Origin: a bacterium
GTDB lineage: Bacteria > Patescibacteriota > Microgenomatia > UBA1400 > UBA12108
Direction of reading: 5' to 3'
NCBI GenBank assembly: GCA_021788365.1
Contig: JAJYKS010000003.1
Span: 6,283-70,282 of the forward strand
DNA length: 64,000 nt
The notes beneath the pieces are model-generated. The model was not told the DNA's origin. It did not search any database and saw only the letters and a program-made list of their open reading frames with translations. Position numbers and translations under genes: made by a program. Position 1 is the stretch's first letter; every line of letters starts with the position of its first letter. Positions 45,810 through 55,961 of the stretch are shown here, one piece after another.

Positions 45810-47418
45810 AGGCGTAGACTTGCACATTTCCGTCGGGGAAGGTAATAGTCACCGTGTGATCCTCGGCGCTTGCGAATGTTGCTAAGTTGTAGAGTTGGTC
45901 TTTGTCGATAGAAACGGTGTTCACGACTTTGCCGTCGATCGCAATAACGGCTTTTTTCCCCGACTTGGTTGGTGCCATGACAAGGTTGACCGATTTGGCT
46001 AAGAAGTGAAAGGAGAGTGTGGCTCCTGAGTCCGCCTCTCGGTACTCTGGAGTATCGCTCCACGTGCCGGTAAAGGCAAAACCGTTGAGGGGGAGGGAGG
46101 AGGGGTCGGAGAAGACCATAGAATCGTCGCGGCGGGCGGAGCCGAGGTAGGTTTCCGGTGACTGGGTGTTTACGATATACGACGGGACGCTCACGGTAGA
46201 TGTGTCTACTGCTTGACCGGTTTCCTTGAGGAGGATTTGAATGGCGTGTTCTTCTTCTGCATAGCTGCCTTCGCCAAAATGAACGTAGCGAATGTGACCG
46301 TTTTTGTCTACCAAGTATTTGGCGGGCCAGTACTGGTTGTGGTATGCGTTCCAGATACTAAAATTGTTGTCGAGTACTACGGGGTAAGTAACGCTGAAAT
46401 CTTTTACCGCTTGAGAGACGTTATTTAGATCATGCTCAAACGCAAACTCGGGGGAATGGACACCAATAATGACCAGCCCCTCATCCTTGTATTTGGTGTA
46501 CCAAGCTTTTAGGTAGGGAAGCGTGCGGATACAGTTGACGCACGAGTAGGTCCAGAAGTCGACGAGGACAACTTTGCCACGGAGCGTTTGAAGTGTGAGG
46601 GGTGGGGAGTTTAGCCAGTTTGTTCCACCGGTAAGCTCCGGTGCCGAACCTTGGTCGCGAAGCGAGAGCGCGTCGGAGATTGTCTGCAACATATTTGGAC
46701 CTCCGGTCATTGCTGATAAATTTTGCCTGACGATCGGGGCGGTTTCGAGGCTAGTGAGGTTGGTACTCCACGCCGGGAGATGTGACAAAAGAAATCCTTG
46801 GAAGCGGTTATAGCCATTCCCGGCAACGAGAATGGCGGTTGCAATTGTGAGTGTGCCAAATCCTTGTTGGATGATCCGGCCATGTTTTTTAAACCAGGTG
46901 AGTTCTACCCCGCGGCGGACCAGGAAGAGTACGGCAGAGAGACTGAGGGCGGTCCCTGCCGCGTAGGCGGCGGTCACCAGAAAACCGGTAGCAGTAGTAT
47001 GTCCAGTTGCCGCGGCGGCGATAACGGCGGCGAGGATGGGGCCGACGCAGGGGGTCCAGACTAACCCGAGGGTGGCACCAACGAGAAAGCTGTTTCCGGA
47101 GAGGTGCAGGGAGCCGGTGCCGGAAGTCGCCCTTTCCCATATTGCGTAGAGCCGGGGGATGAGTAGAACGAAGCCAAAGGCCACGATGAACGCGGCGGCG
47201 AGATAGCGGACCAGGTTGGAGTCGAGATGTAGTGAAGCGACGAGGGTGCCGAGGAAAAGAGTGGCGATCGTGAAGCTTACAACAAAGCCAAATAGGAGTG
47301 CAAACGGGCGGGAACGGGAGATACCGGCGCCAAAAATGACGGGCGCCAATGGGAGAATGCAGGGTGAGAGGACGGTAACTACCCCGGCGAGGAAGGCAAA
47401 CACGGCCAAGATAAGCAT
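45796..47418 (-). CDS. dipZ: DipZ-like protein (CcdA/DsbD TM domain plus TlpA thioredoxin plus C-terminal domain)
   Basis: SPCILP, WTPCVGP, DFWTYSCVNC, VHSPEF.FE, YAFTFG. Confidence 0.9.
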   Translation of the reverse strand: MLILAVFAFLAGVVTVLSPCILPLAPVIFGAGISRSRPFALLFGFVVSFTIATLFLGTLVASLHLDSNLVRYLAAAFIVAFGFVLLIPRLYAIWERATSGTGSLHLSGNSFLVGATLGLVWTPCVGPILAAVIAAAATGHTTATGFLVTAAYAAGTALSLSAVLFLVRRGVELTWFKKHGRIIQQGFGTLTIATAILVAGNGYNRFQGFLLSHLPAWSTNLTSLETAPIVRQNLSAMTGGPNMLQTISDALSLRDQGSAPELTGGTNWLNSPPLTLQTLRGKVVLVDFWTYSCVNCIRTLPYLKAWYTKYKDEGLVIIGVHSPEFAFEHDLNNVSQAVKDFSVTYPVVLDNNFSIWNAYHNQYWPAKYLVDKNGHIRYVHFGEGSYAEEEHAIQILLKETGQAVDTSTVSVPSYIVNTQSPETYLGSARRDDSMVFSDPSSLPLNGFAFTGTWSDTPEYREADSGATLSFHFLAKSVNLVMAPTKSGKKAVIAIDGKVVNTVSIDKDQLYNLATFASAEDHTVTITFPDGNVQVYAFTFG

Positions 47419-47471
47419 GAGCCAACTCTACCATAAAATACTCTGAGTTTAATGTGTTATAGTAGGTGTAG

Positions 47472-47780
47472 ATGCGCGTTGCGTTTTCGTTTGACGATAT
47501 TGCCGATAACCAAGATCTCAAGGAAAAGCTCTCGGGTAAGTTTTCTTCGCTTGATAAATTTCTTACTCATGTACCGCCCGATCTCCAGCAGGTGAACGTT
47601 CGGGTGACGAAGGGGAGCCGGTGGGGGTATGCGGTTGCCGCTTCGATGCCACTTCCTAAACGAGAGGTTGTCGCGGAAGCAGAAGATAAAGATCTCCTTA
47701 CCGCGGTCGACCTGATAGTGAACAAACTTTCGGCAGAGCTACGCAAGCGGTGGGAAAAACTTAGAGCGAGGCGGGGGTAA
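47472..47780 (+). CDS. Ribosome hibernation factor HPF/RaiA family
   Basis: K...L.KF, A.A...DL..AVD....KL..EL.K..EK pattern, about 100 aa. Confidence 0.7.
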   Translation: MRVAFSFDDIADNQDLKEKLSGKFSSLDKFLTHVPPDLQQVNVRVTKGSRWGYAVAASMPLPKREVVAEAEDKDLLTAVDLIVNKLSAELRKRWEKLRARRG

Positions 47781-50313
47781 GGCGGTAGAAGAGCCTTTTT
47801 CCGAGCTCGGCGGCGGCGAAGTATCCAAAAACAACAAATATCAGTGTCGTGAGAATAGGAGTACCGAGACGGACGAAACCAAGGTCCGGATCGAGGCTTG
47901 TGAAGGGAAGTAGCCAGCCAAAGATGACAACCAGTGCGGTGCTCCACCAGAGCCATGGGTGGGGGCGTGACTGTAAAAATGGAATCCTCCTAGTGCGGAT
48001 AATGTGTATGACAAGTGTTTGCGTGGCCAGTGATTCCAGGAACCAGCCTGTTTGGAAGGCGGCAGGAGACACCTTGAAAACCGCGTACAGCAGGTAAAAG
48101 GTGGCAAAGTCGAAGGCAGAGCTAATTGGTCCCATGATGAGCATGAAGTTTCTGATAAAGCGGATATCCCACCGCTTGGGGTGGTCGATGTACTCTCGGT
48201 CGACATTGTCCAGGGGAATCGTTAGCTGCGAAAGGTCGTAAAGGAAATTGTTTAAGAGAATTTGAATTGGGAGCATGGGGAGGAAGGGGAGCAAGAGTAC
48301 GGCTCCTAAAACGCTAAACATGTTGCCAAAGTTACTGGACAATCCCATCATGATGTATTTCATGGTATTGCCGAAGGTTTTCCGGCCTTCGGTGACACCC
48401 TCCTTTAAGATTTCCAGACTCTTGTGAGTCAAGATAAAGTCAGCCGATTCTTTGGCAATGTCAACGGCGTTGTCTACCGAGAGACCAACGTCGGCGGCTT
48501 TTAGCGACAGCGCGTCGTTGACCCCATCGCCCATGTAGCCGACGACTGATTTATCTGCTCGCATAGCTCGGATAACGCGCGCCTTTTGCTCGGGAGAGAA
48601 ACGAGCAAAAACGGTCACATCACGTGCACGTTGACCGAGTTCGGTGTCGCTCATTTTCTCTATATCTTGGCCTAGTAGCATGCCTTTTATTGGTAGACCA
48701 ACGTCCGCACAAATCTTTGCAGTCACGAGCTCATTGTCGCCGGTTACTATCTTTACCTCGATGCCCAGTCGCTCTAATTCTTTTATGACTGGTAGTACGC
48801 CGTCTTTAGCGGGATCTAAGAAGGCTGTAAAGCCATAAAAGGTGAGTCCATCTTCGTCGTTTTTAGTATACGAGATTTTGGTGGGAACAGTCTTGCCGGC
48901 AATGGCCAAGACGCGGAACCCTGACTGGCTAAGCGAGGTAAAAAGTTCCATGATTTGTTTTTGTTTTTTGGGGGTAAGGGGGGTGACCACTTCTTTTTCG
49001 ACGGTTGTTGTGCAACGCTTCATAACCATTTCCGGAGCCCCCTTGCAGATGAGCTCGCGCTTCCCACTTTTTTTGACGACGATACTCATCAGACGACGGT
49101 GGAAGTCAAAGGGAATCTCGTCTAGTTTTATGTATCCCTTCGTCGACACACCGCGATGTTCAAGCACGGCGGCATCGAGGGGATTGGTGAGCCCAGTCTG
49201 CAACTTTGCGTTTACGTATGCACGTTCCAATACTTCTACTGAATCATGACCTTGCCAGTCGACGTAGCGAACAAGTCGGACGTGATCCTCCGTTAGCGTT
49301 CCCGTTTTGTCAGTTGCTAGTACGTTCATGCTGCCCAAGGTAGGAATAGCCGTTAACCGTTTTACCACGACACCTTTCCTAGCCATGCGGACAGATCCGC
49401 GACTCATAGTGACCGTCATGATCATGGGGAGAAACTCCGGTGTGAGTCCTACGGCCACGGCAACGGCAAAGGTGAGAGACGATAAAACATCGTGTTTTAG
49501 TAGTGTGTTTAGGATAAAGATGACAACAACAAATACAACTACCGTGCGAAGAATAAACGTACCGAAGGTAGCTATCCCACGTGTGAAATCATTTTCATTG
49601 TCACCTTCTATAACACCATGGGCAATGGCGCCTACCTCAGTGTGTTTACCTGTTGCATAGACAACAGCTTCTGCAGTACCGGAGACAACGCTTGTTCCCG
49701 CGAATACCATGTTTTTAGCCTCTGCGGGGCCGGTGAATACAAGACTGTCAATGGCATGTTTTTCGACAGGAAAAGACTCGCCGGTCACGGCGCTTTCGCT
49801 TATGTATAAGTCTTTTTCGGTGAGCAAGCGTGCGTCTGCCGGAACGAGGTCGCCAGCGTTTAACACTATAATGTCACCCACAACTACTTCGCGGGCAGGA
49901 ATTTCCATAACCCGTGCCTCGCGTTTCACCGAGCACTGTACTGCTAGTTTTGCTTTTAATTTTTCTGCTGCGGCAGAAGCGCGATGTTCTTGAAAGAAAT
50001 TTAGGGTGGTACTTAGAAACACCATTGACAGGATAATGCCGGCGTTAACCATTTCTCCGAGGAAGAAAGAGACAACACTCACCACTATGAGGATGAGGAC
50101 AAGCGGATTCTTGAAATTTAACAGATACTCTATAACGACGTGTATCTTTTTTGCCGTCTCGGTTGTGTTGTCGCCGAACGAGCGACGGCGAATGGTCGCT
50201 TCTTTATTGCTTATTCCGTGGCCGGGATTGACACCTAACGTTTTTTCCAGTGCTTCTGGAGTGAGACTTGCCGCTTCCGCGGGTGGGACGAATATTGGTG
50301 GGGTCATAGACAC
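47761..50313 (-). CDS. mgtA: Magnesium-translocating P-type ATPase
   Basis: TGES.PVEK, GLTPE.LPMI, DKTGTLT, TGDN, GDG.ND, SSNFGN.FS. Confidence 0.93.
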   Translation of the reverse strand: MSMTPPIFVPPAEAASLTPEALEKTLGVNPGHGISNKEATIRRRSFGDNTTETAKKIHVVIEYLLNFKNPLVLILIVVSVVSFFLGEMVNAGIILSMVFLSTTLNFFQEHRASAAAEKLKAKLAVQCSVKREARVMEIPAREVVVGDIIVLNAGDLVPADARLLTEKDLYISESAVTGESFPVEKHAIDSLVFTGPAEAKNMVFAGTSVVSGTAEAVVYATGKHTEVGAIAHGVIEGDNENDFTRGIATFGTFILRTVVVFVVVIFILNTLLKHDVLSSLTFAVAVAVGLTPEFLPMIMTVTMSRGSVRMARKGVVVKRLTAIPTLGSMNVLATDKTGTLTEDHVRLVRYVDWQGHDSVEVLERAYVNAKLQTGLTNPLDAAVLEHRGVSTKGYIKLDEIPFDFHRRLMSIVVKKSGKRELICKGAPEMVMKRCTTTVEKEVVTPLTPKKQKQIMELFTSLSQSGFRVLAIAGKTVPTKISYTKNDEDGLTFYGFTAFLDPAKDGVLPVIKELERLGIEVKIVTGDNELVTAKICADVGLPIKGMLLGQDIEKMSDTELGQRARDVTVFARFSPEQKARVIRAMRADKSVVGYMGDGVNDALSLKAADVGLSVDNAVDIAKESADFILTHKSLEILKEGVTEGRKTFGNTMKYIMMGLSSNFGNMFSVLGAVLLLPFLPMLPIQILLNNFLYDLSQLTIPLDNVDREYIDHPKRWDIRFIRNFMLIMGPISSAFDFATFYLLYAVFKVSPAAFQTGWFLESLATQTLVIHIIRTRRIPFLQSRPHPWLWWSTALVVIFGWLLPFTSLDPDLGFVRLGTPILTTLIFVVFGYFAAAELGKRLFYRLTPASL

Positions 50314-50367
50314 TACTATAGAGCATGTTTTTGTCTTTTGTTATCTGGTCGGGTATAGTGGAGTGGT

Positions 50368-51606
50368 ATGGATCAGGGAAGAGCCTTGTTGCCGAAAGCG
50401 TTGTTTGGTGGGGTTGACGAGCGAGTTGCGGGATTTGCCTCGCTTCGCGCGCTTGCTGCAACACAGCATATTCGCCTTGCGTCTATTCATGAACTCTATG
50501 TAGCCCGGGGGAAGGGAGCTATGCCTTTTACCTTTACCGTGCCGGCTATTAATCTGCGTGGGTTTACCTACCGCTCGGCACGAGCGATTTTGCGGGCGGC
50601 CAAAGAAATTGATGGGTTTGTCATATTTGAACTTGCCAGATCTGAGATGCAATATACGGCTCAGCCGTCTGCGGAATATGCGAGTGAAGTACTCGCGGCG
50701 GCCATTGACGAAGAGTGGGAGGGGCCGCTCTTTTTGCAAGCAGACCACACGCAATTTAAGGCCGTCTCCCCCGGCGTGCCGGCAGATGGGGAGATGGAGT
50801 CTATCTGCGAGCTTATTGTGCAGGATATGGCAGCGGGGTTCTATAACATAGACATTGATGGATCAACCCTAGTCGATCTTTCGCAGCCAATGGTTTCTGC
50901 ACAGCAGAAAACCAATATTGCGGTGACCGGTGAGCTACTGGCCTTTATCCGCGAACGGCAACCGGAGGAGGTCATTGTCTCTGTTGGTGGCGAGATTGGG
51001 CATATTGGTGACACCAACTCCACCCCAGAAGATATGCAGGTTTTTATGGAAGGAATAGCGCCTGTGTATGCTAACAAATTTCCCGGTTTGAGCAAGGTAA
51101 GTGTGCAAACGGGGACACGACACGGTGGGGTTATCGATGCGGCGGGCAAGACCGAAGCGATGAACGTTGATTTTGACGTTATCGACCGCCTTGGTGCAAT
51201 CGCACGGAAGTATGGGGCTGGTGGAGTCGTACAGCACGGGGCCTCGACCCTCGCCGACTCGCAGCTGTCACAGTTCCCGGCGCACCAAACACTCGAAATA
51301 CACCTGGCAACGGGGTGGCAGAATCTCATTATGGATCACCCGGCATTTCCTGCTGACCTTATGCATAGAGTTGACGAGTGGGTGGATGCACAGTACCTGA
51401 ATGAGCGAAAGCCAGATCAGACTGAGGCGCAGTTCCACTATCGGATGCGGAAGTATGCGTGGGGGCAGATCAGGCGCGAGGTGTGGGAGTTGCCTAACGA
51501 GGTGCAGGATACGTTGGCGACGACGGTGTATGAGCGGGCAAAGGTAATTCTTCGAGAGCTGGGAATGCACGAAACAAGAAAATATTTGGAATTGTGTGAA
51601 GGTTGA
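50368..51606 (+). CDS. Class II fructose-bisphosphate aldolase-like protein
   Basis: VPA.N.R, Q.DH, D.S, EIG.IG, GT.HGG, VQHGAS; upstream of pgk. Confidence 0.8.
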   Translation: MDQGRALLPKALFGGVDERVAGFASLRALAATQHIRLASIHELYVARGKGAMPFTFTVPAINLRGFTYRSARAILRAAKEIDGFVIFELARSEMQYTAQPSAEYASEVLAAAIDEEWEGPLFLQADHTQFKAVSPGVPADGEMESICELIVQDMAAGFYNIDIDGSTLVDLSQPMVSAQQKTNIAVTGELLAFIRERQPEEVIVSVGGEIGHIGDTNSTPEDMQVFMEGIAPVYANKFPGLSKVSVQTGTRHGGVIDAAGKTEAMNVDFDVIDRLGAIARKYGAGGVVQHGASTLADSQLSQFPAHQTLEIHLATGWQNLIMDHPAFPADLMHRVDEWVDAQYLNERKPDQTEAQFHYRMRKYAWGQIRREVWELPNEVQDTLATTVYERAKVILRELGMHETRKYLELCEG

Positions 51607-51608
51607 TA

Positions 51609-52631
51609 ATGAGAATACTTGAACAACTCGATGTTGCCGGGAAGCGAGTAGTGGTGCGTGTGGACTGGAATGTGACTTTGGGTAGGACACTCGAAATCGT
51701 CGATGACATGCGGATAGGGAAGACGCTTCCCACAACCCGGTATCTTCTGGAACACGGGGCAACACAAGTAATACTACTGGCACATTTGGGGAAGCCGGGA
51801 GGGAAGGCGGTGACGGAGCTGTCGCTCGCGCCTGTGGCTAAATACGCCGAAACGTTATTGGGAGAGGAAATAAAATTTTGGAGTAGTGTTGCGGAGTGCC
51901 AAAGTGACACAGTATCACGGGTAAAAATGCTGGAGAATCTGAGGTTTTGGCCGGGAGAGGAGGCGAATGATCTGGAATTTGCTAAGCAACTGGCAAATCT
52001 AGGAGATGTGTATGTGGACGAGGCGTTTGGGGAGGCGCACCGGCAAGCCGCTTCAATTGTGGGAATACCGAAACTACTGCCGTCTGCGGCGGGACTGTGG
52101 TTTGCCACGGAGGTAGAGAAAATAACTAAAGCGGTAGCTAGGCCTGAGCGGCCATTCGTGGTCGTCATGGGCGGGGCAAAAGTAGATGACAAGATTAAAC
52201 TCCTTGAGGCGTTGTCACAGAAGGCGGATGTTATCCTCCTGGGTGGAAAATTGGCAAACGAATTTGTGAGCCGGGGCATGAAACTCGCCGGCACGGCGCG
52301 AGTGATTACACCGGTAGAGGGTAGCAACCTACTGGATATCGGCGAGGAGACACAAAGGCTCTTTACTGCCGAGATTATGCAAGCCGGAACGGTGGTGTGG
52401 AACGGGCCGATGGGGAAGGTAGAGGATATGGCGTACCAGGCCGGGACGGATGCGATGTTTGTGGCGGTCGCTGAGACGCCGGCATATACCCTGGTGGGCG
52501 GTGGGGATACTTTGGCGGCACTCCACGACGAAGGCCACTTTGAACGAATTGACCATATATCGACGGGCGGCGGGGCGATGCTCGCTTTGATTGAGAAGGG
52601 AACGCTGCCGGGAATAGAAGCGCTGAGGTAG
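51609..52631 (+). CDS. pgk: Phosphoglycerate kinase
   Basis: RVD.NV, HLG.P, LENLRF, AFG.AHR, GGAKV.DK, WNGP.G, STGGGA. Confidence 0.95.
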   Translation: MRILEQLDVAGKRVVVRVDWNVTLGRTLEIVDDMRIGKTLPTTRYLLEHGATQVILLAHLGKPGGKAVTELSLAPVAKYAETLLGEEIKFWSSVAECQSDTVSRVKMLENLRFWPGEEANDLEFAKQLANLGDVYVDEAFGEAHRQAASIVGIPKLLPSAAGLWFATEVEKITKAVARPERPFVVVMGGAKVDDKIKLLEALSQKADVILLGGKLANEFVSRGMKLAGTARVITPVEGSNLLDIGEETQRLFTAEIMQAGTVVWNGPMGKVEDMAYQAGTDAMFVAVAETPAYTLVGGGDTLAALHDEGHFERIDHISTGGGAMLALIEKGTLPGIEALR

Positions 52632-52633
52632 GT

Positions 52634-53218
52634 ATGAAACTCGTGGTTTTTGACGTAGAGACCAAGAAAGCATTTGATGAGGTGGGGGGATACTACCCGG
52701 AGAAGCTGGGTGTGTCTATCTCTGGTGTGTACTATCGGGACGATGAAGCGCATGTTGAGTGGTTGAGGGGGTTCCGGGAAGAGTCGTTTCCTGAAATGTT
52801 TAAGCTTTTTGAGACGGCTGATCGGGTGGTTGGGTTTAATACCATTAGCTTTGATCTGCCCGCCTTGTCACCCTACTATGTCGGTGACCTACAGAAACTA
52901 CCCAACTTGGATATTATGGTAGAGCTTGAAAAGAAGATTGGACATAGGGTGGCGCTTGATGCTGTGGCCAAAGAAACTTTGGGTGAGCAGAAGATTGGAC
53001 ATGGCCTAGACGCCATACGCTATTATCATGACGGTGATTGGGAATCACTCGAAAAATACTGTTTGCAGGATGTTGTTGTCACTCGTAAGTTGTATGACGT
53101 CGGCGCTTTAGGGAAGCCCATGAAGTTTAAGAATAAGTGGAACCGCATTATTGAAGTCCCCGTCGATTTTTCATATCATCCAACTGATCGCGCGACCGTA
53201 CAAACTACTTTGTTTTAA
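52634..53218 (+). CDS. DEDD 3'-5' exonuclease / RNase H-like domain protein
   Basis: FDVET, GFN...FD.P.L, L..YC..DV. Confidence 0.8.
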   Translation: MKLVVFDVETKKAFDEVGGYYPEKLGVSISGVYYRDDEAHVEWLRGFREESFPEMFKLFETADRVVGFNTISFDLPALSPYYVGDLQKLPNLDIMVELEKKIGHRVALDAVAKETLGEQKIGHGLDAIRYYHDGDWESLEKYCLQDVVVTRKLYDVGALGKPMKFKNKWNRIIEVPVDFSYHPTDRATVQTTLF

Positions 53219-53230
53219 GCTTTTTTACAG

Positions 53231-53258
53231 TTGCAAAATGTTAATCTTGGATTAAAAT
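53231..53258 (+). promoter_or_regulatory. suf operon promoter with palindromic candidate operator
   Basis: TTGCAA-16 bp-TAAAAT overlapped by TTAATC-TTG-GATTAA. Confidence 0.5.
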
Positions 53259-53297
53259 CTAGATAGTTGTTACTCACATTATAAAAGGAGGGTTCGT

Positions 53298-53714
53298 ATG
53301 AGTGCATTTCGATTCCGCAAAAAGACTGAGTATGGTCTTATTATGATGTCGCTTCTAGCAGGTGGCGAGAAGGACGCGCTTGTCTCTGTACACCAGATGC
53401 AAGAGTACGGACTCCCTCGCTCATTTCTCGTAAAAATCGCACGAGACCTCATCAAAGCTGGGCTTATCATGGCAAAAGAAGGAAGGGGTGGCGGCTACTA
53501 CCTACGTAAGCCCGCAACTTCCGTGACCTTACGTGATGTTGTTGAAGCTCTTGAGGGGCCAGTTGCTACGTCGGCGTGTATAGTTCACGGTGTAAAGTGT
53601 CCACTCCACGAAAAGTGTCCGCACCGTCGCGTGATGCAGAGTGTGACCGAAGAAATTACACAGATTCTCGGCAAATATAGGCTGTCCGATTTTGACCTCA
53701 AAAAGGTGACATGA
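53298..53714 (+). CDS. Rrf2-family transcriptional regulator (3-Cys)
   Basis: YGL, L.KI...L..AGL....G..GGY.L, C-x6-C-x5-C. Confidence 0.9.
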   Translation: MSAFRFRKKTEYGLIMMSLLAGGEKDALVSVHQMQEYGLPRSFLVKIARDLIKAGLIMAKEGRGGGYYLRKPATSVTLRDVVEALEGPVATSACIVHGVKCPLHEKCPHRRVMQSVTEEITQILGKYRLSDFDLKKVT

Positions 53715-54421
53715 ACGGGGCTAGCGGGGCGGCAATACTGTCCGTTTCCCACCTGACTGTCGCTGTTGCTGACCGAGAGGCGTTTCGCGATATCTCGTTC
53801 ACCCTTGATCGGGGTGGTGTGTATGCCCTCATGGGTCCGAATGGTGGGGGGAAAACAAGCTTAGCAATGTTTTTAATGGGGAGCACGCAGTACTTAGTGC
53901 ACCCTAAGCGTGGGACAGAGGTACTTTTTGACGGGAAAGATTTACTTGCAATGAAACCAAACGAGCGTGCAAAGGTGGGACTCTATGTCTCTTGGCAGCA
54001 GCCGATTGCTATACCTGGCGTGTCAGTTTTTTCGCTTGCTAAGGCTAGTTATGAGAATGTTGTGGGGGCCATTGATAGCGTGGTGGCCTTTAAAACGAGG
54101 GTGGAGGAACTCCTAACACGTGTCGGACTACCTGCGACGTATGTATCCCGGAGTGTAAATGATGGATTCTCGGGTGGAGAACGCAAGCGACTCGAGCTTT
54201 TTCAGCTTCTTCTCTTGCAGCCAAAGCTTGCTATTCTTGATGAGCTCGATTCTGGGCTTGACCAGGCAGGGCGCGCACTCCTTACGAGCGTTGTTGCGGA
54301 GCTCTCCCGAGCTGGGACTACATTTCTCATAATAAGCCACTACAACGAGCTGCTTCGCAATCTATCAATTAGCAACACCTGGGAACTCGAAGATGGACAG
54401 TTACACGCTCGGCTTTCATAG
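53711..54421 (+). CDS. sufC: Fe-S assembly ATPase SufC
   Basis: GPNG.GKT, Q.P..IPGV, R.VN.GFSGGE.KR.E, DE.DSGLD. Confidence 0.93.
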   Translation: MNGASGAAILSVSHLTVAVADREAFRDISFTLDRGGVYALMGPNGGGKTSLAMFLMGSTQYLVHPKRGTEVLFDGKDLLAMKPNERAKVGLYVSWQQPIAIPGVSVFSLAKASYENVVGAIDSVVAFKTRVEELLTRVGLPATYVSRSVNDGFSGGERKRLELFQLLLLQPKLAILDELDSGLDQAGRALLTSVVAELSRAGTTFLIISHYNELLRNLSISNTWELEDGQLHARLS

Positions 54422-55772
54422 CGATACGGGGGATTATCGATATCGCGCACCGAAGGGTTTGTCGGAATCTCTAGTTCGCGAGCTGTCCCGCCAAAAGAAC
54501 GAGCCACCATGGATGCTTGATATACGACTTGCGGCGCTTGCCCAGTTTTACGAGATGGCGATACCTACTTGGGGAGCTAACCTCTCCGACATACGTTGGG
54601 ACGATATCCACTATTACCTGAAACCTGTCGAGCGGCCCTATAAAAATTGGAAAGAAGTGCCCGACGAGGTACGCAAAGTATTTGATGCGATCGGCGTGCC
54701 GGAAGCAGAGCGAGAACAGCTCGCAGGCGTGGGAGGACAATACGATAGCGAGGTTATCTATCATAGTTTACATAAAACCCTTTCTAAGAAGGGTGTTGTG
54801 TTTCTATCTATGGATGAGGGACTGAAGCAGTATCCCGAGATCGTGCGGAAGTACTTTGGTACGATCGTGCCATACGGCGACAATAAACTGGCAGCCCTCA
54901 ATACGGCAGTATGGAGCGGCGGCAGCTTTGTGTACGTGCCAAGTGGTGTGGATGTACAGCTGCCCTTGCAAGCATATTTTCGTATAAACTCGGAGAACGC
55001 GGGGCAGTTTGAGCGAACACTCATTGTTGCTGAAAAGGGGGCACGCGTACACTACGTGGAAGGGTGCTCCGCCCCCGCTTTTAGCAGTGCGAGCTTGCAC
55101 GCGGCTGTTGTGGAAGTGATTGTCGAAAATGGTGCGAAGGTGCGCTACACCACTGTGCAGAATTGGTACAAGAACGTTTATAACCTTGTTACCAAACGGG
55201 CGACGGTTGCTGCGGACGGGGTGATGGAATGGGTGGATTGCAATCTAGGGAGCAAAATAACCATGAAGTATCCGTCGTGCATCCTCCGGGGAGAGCGGGC
55301 ACGTGGGGAGATGCTGTCTATTGCTGTTGCTGGGGAGGGACAGCACCAGGACGCAGGGGCAAAGATGCATCACCTAGCACCTCACACTACCAGTAGAATC
55401 ATCTCGAAATCTATTTCTAAGGGTGGGGGGCGTAGCTCATATAGAGGAATGGTAACAATGGCTCCAACGGCGATAGGCGCCAAGAGCAAGGTGGTGTGTG
55501 ACGCACTTATTCTTGACCCTGCAAGCCGTAGCGATACGTATCCCACGAATCGGATACTGACGGGTGCGGCAACCGTGGAACACGAAGCGACGGTGTCGAA
55601 GATTGGCGAGGAACAGCTTCTCTACCTTATGTCACGAGGCATGACACAAGTGGAAGCGGAGGGGATGATCGTCCGCGGGTTTCTGGAGCCGGTCGTGGCC
55701 GAGCTGCCCTTAGAATATGCAGTGGAACTTAACCGGCTCGTGAATATGGAAATGGAAGGGAGTGTGGGATGA
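54393..55772 (+). CDS. sufB: Fe-S assembly protein SufB
   Basis: QYDSE, WSGGSF.YVP, QFERTL, YVEGC.AP, EHEA, LP.EYAVE. Confidence 0.96.
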   Translation: MDSYTLGFHSDTGDYRYRAPKGLSESLVRELSRQKNEPPWMLDIRLAALAQFYEMAIPTWGANLSDIRWDDIHYYLKPVERPYKNWKEVPDEVRKVFDAIGVPEAEREQLAGVGGQYDSEVIYHSLHKTLSKKGVVFLSMDEGLKQYPEIVRKYFGTIVPYGDNKLAALNTAVWSGGSFVYVPSGVDVQLPLQAYFRINSENAGQFERTLIVAEKGARVHYVEGCSAPAFSSASLHAAVVEVIVENGAKVRYTTVQNWYKNVYNLVTKRATVAADGVMEWVDCNLGSKITMKYPSCILRGERARGEMLSIAVAGEGQHQDAGAKMHHLAPHTTSRIISKSISKGGGRSSYRGMVTMAPTAIGAKSKVVCDALILDPASRSDTYPTNRILTGAATVEHEATVSKIGEEQLLYLMSRGMTQVEAEGMIVRGFLEPVVAELPLEYAVELNRLVNMEMEGSVG

Positions 55773-55776
55773 CTTC

Positions 55777-55900
55777 ACAACCATTGCACGCCCCCAAACG
55801 CAAAACTCGGTCTATCTCCGCCTGGTGGCGGAGCGACCTAGAACTCGGGCTACCCGCCACTGCGTTGTGTTTTGCAACTTGTGGGCTTTGCAATGATTGT
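55777..55900. repeat. Structured intergenic repeat, copy 3 of 3
   Basis: Same core; lies inside the suf operon between sufB and sufD. Confidence 0.9.
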
Positions 55901-55961
55901 TTACTGTTTGATTTTGTTTTTTGTAGCGTAAAAACAGGACAACCCAACCGAGGTCACGTGT

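Noticed and set aside
50314-50367. Mg2+ riboswitch or leader peptide upstream of mgtA
   Set aside because: Only 54 bp, holding back-to-back -10 boxes; no room for a leader
51494-52753. 419-aa antisense ORF and other long antisense ORFs
   Set aside because: Mirror frames of well-supported genes such as pgk, dnaN and mvk; no motifs
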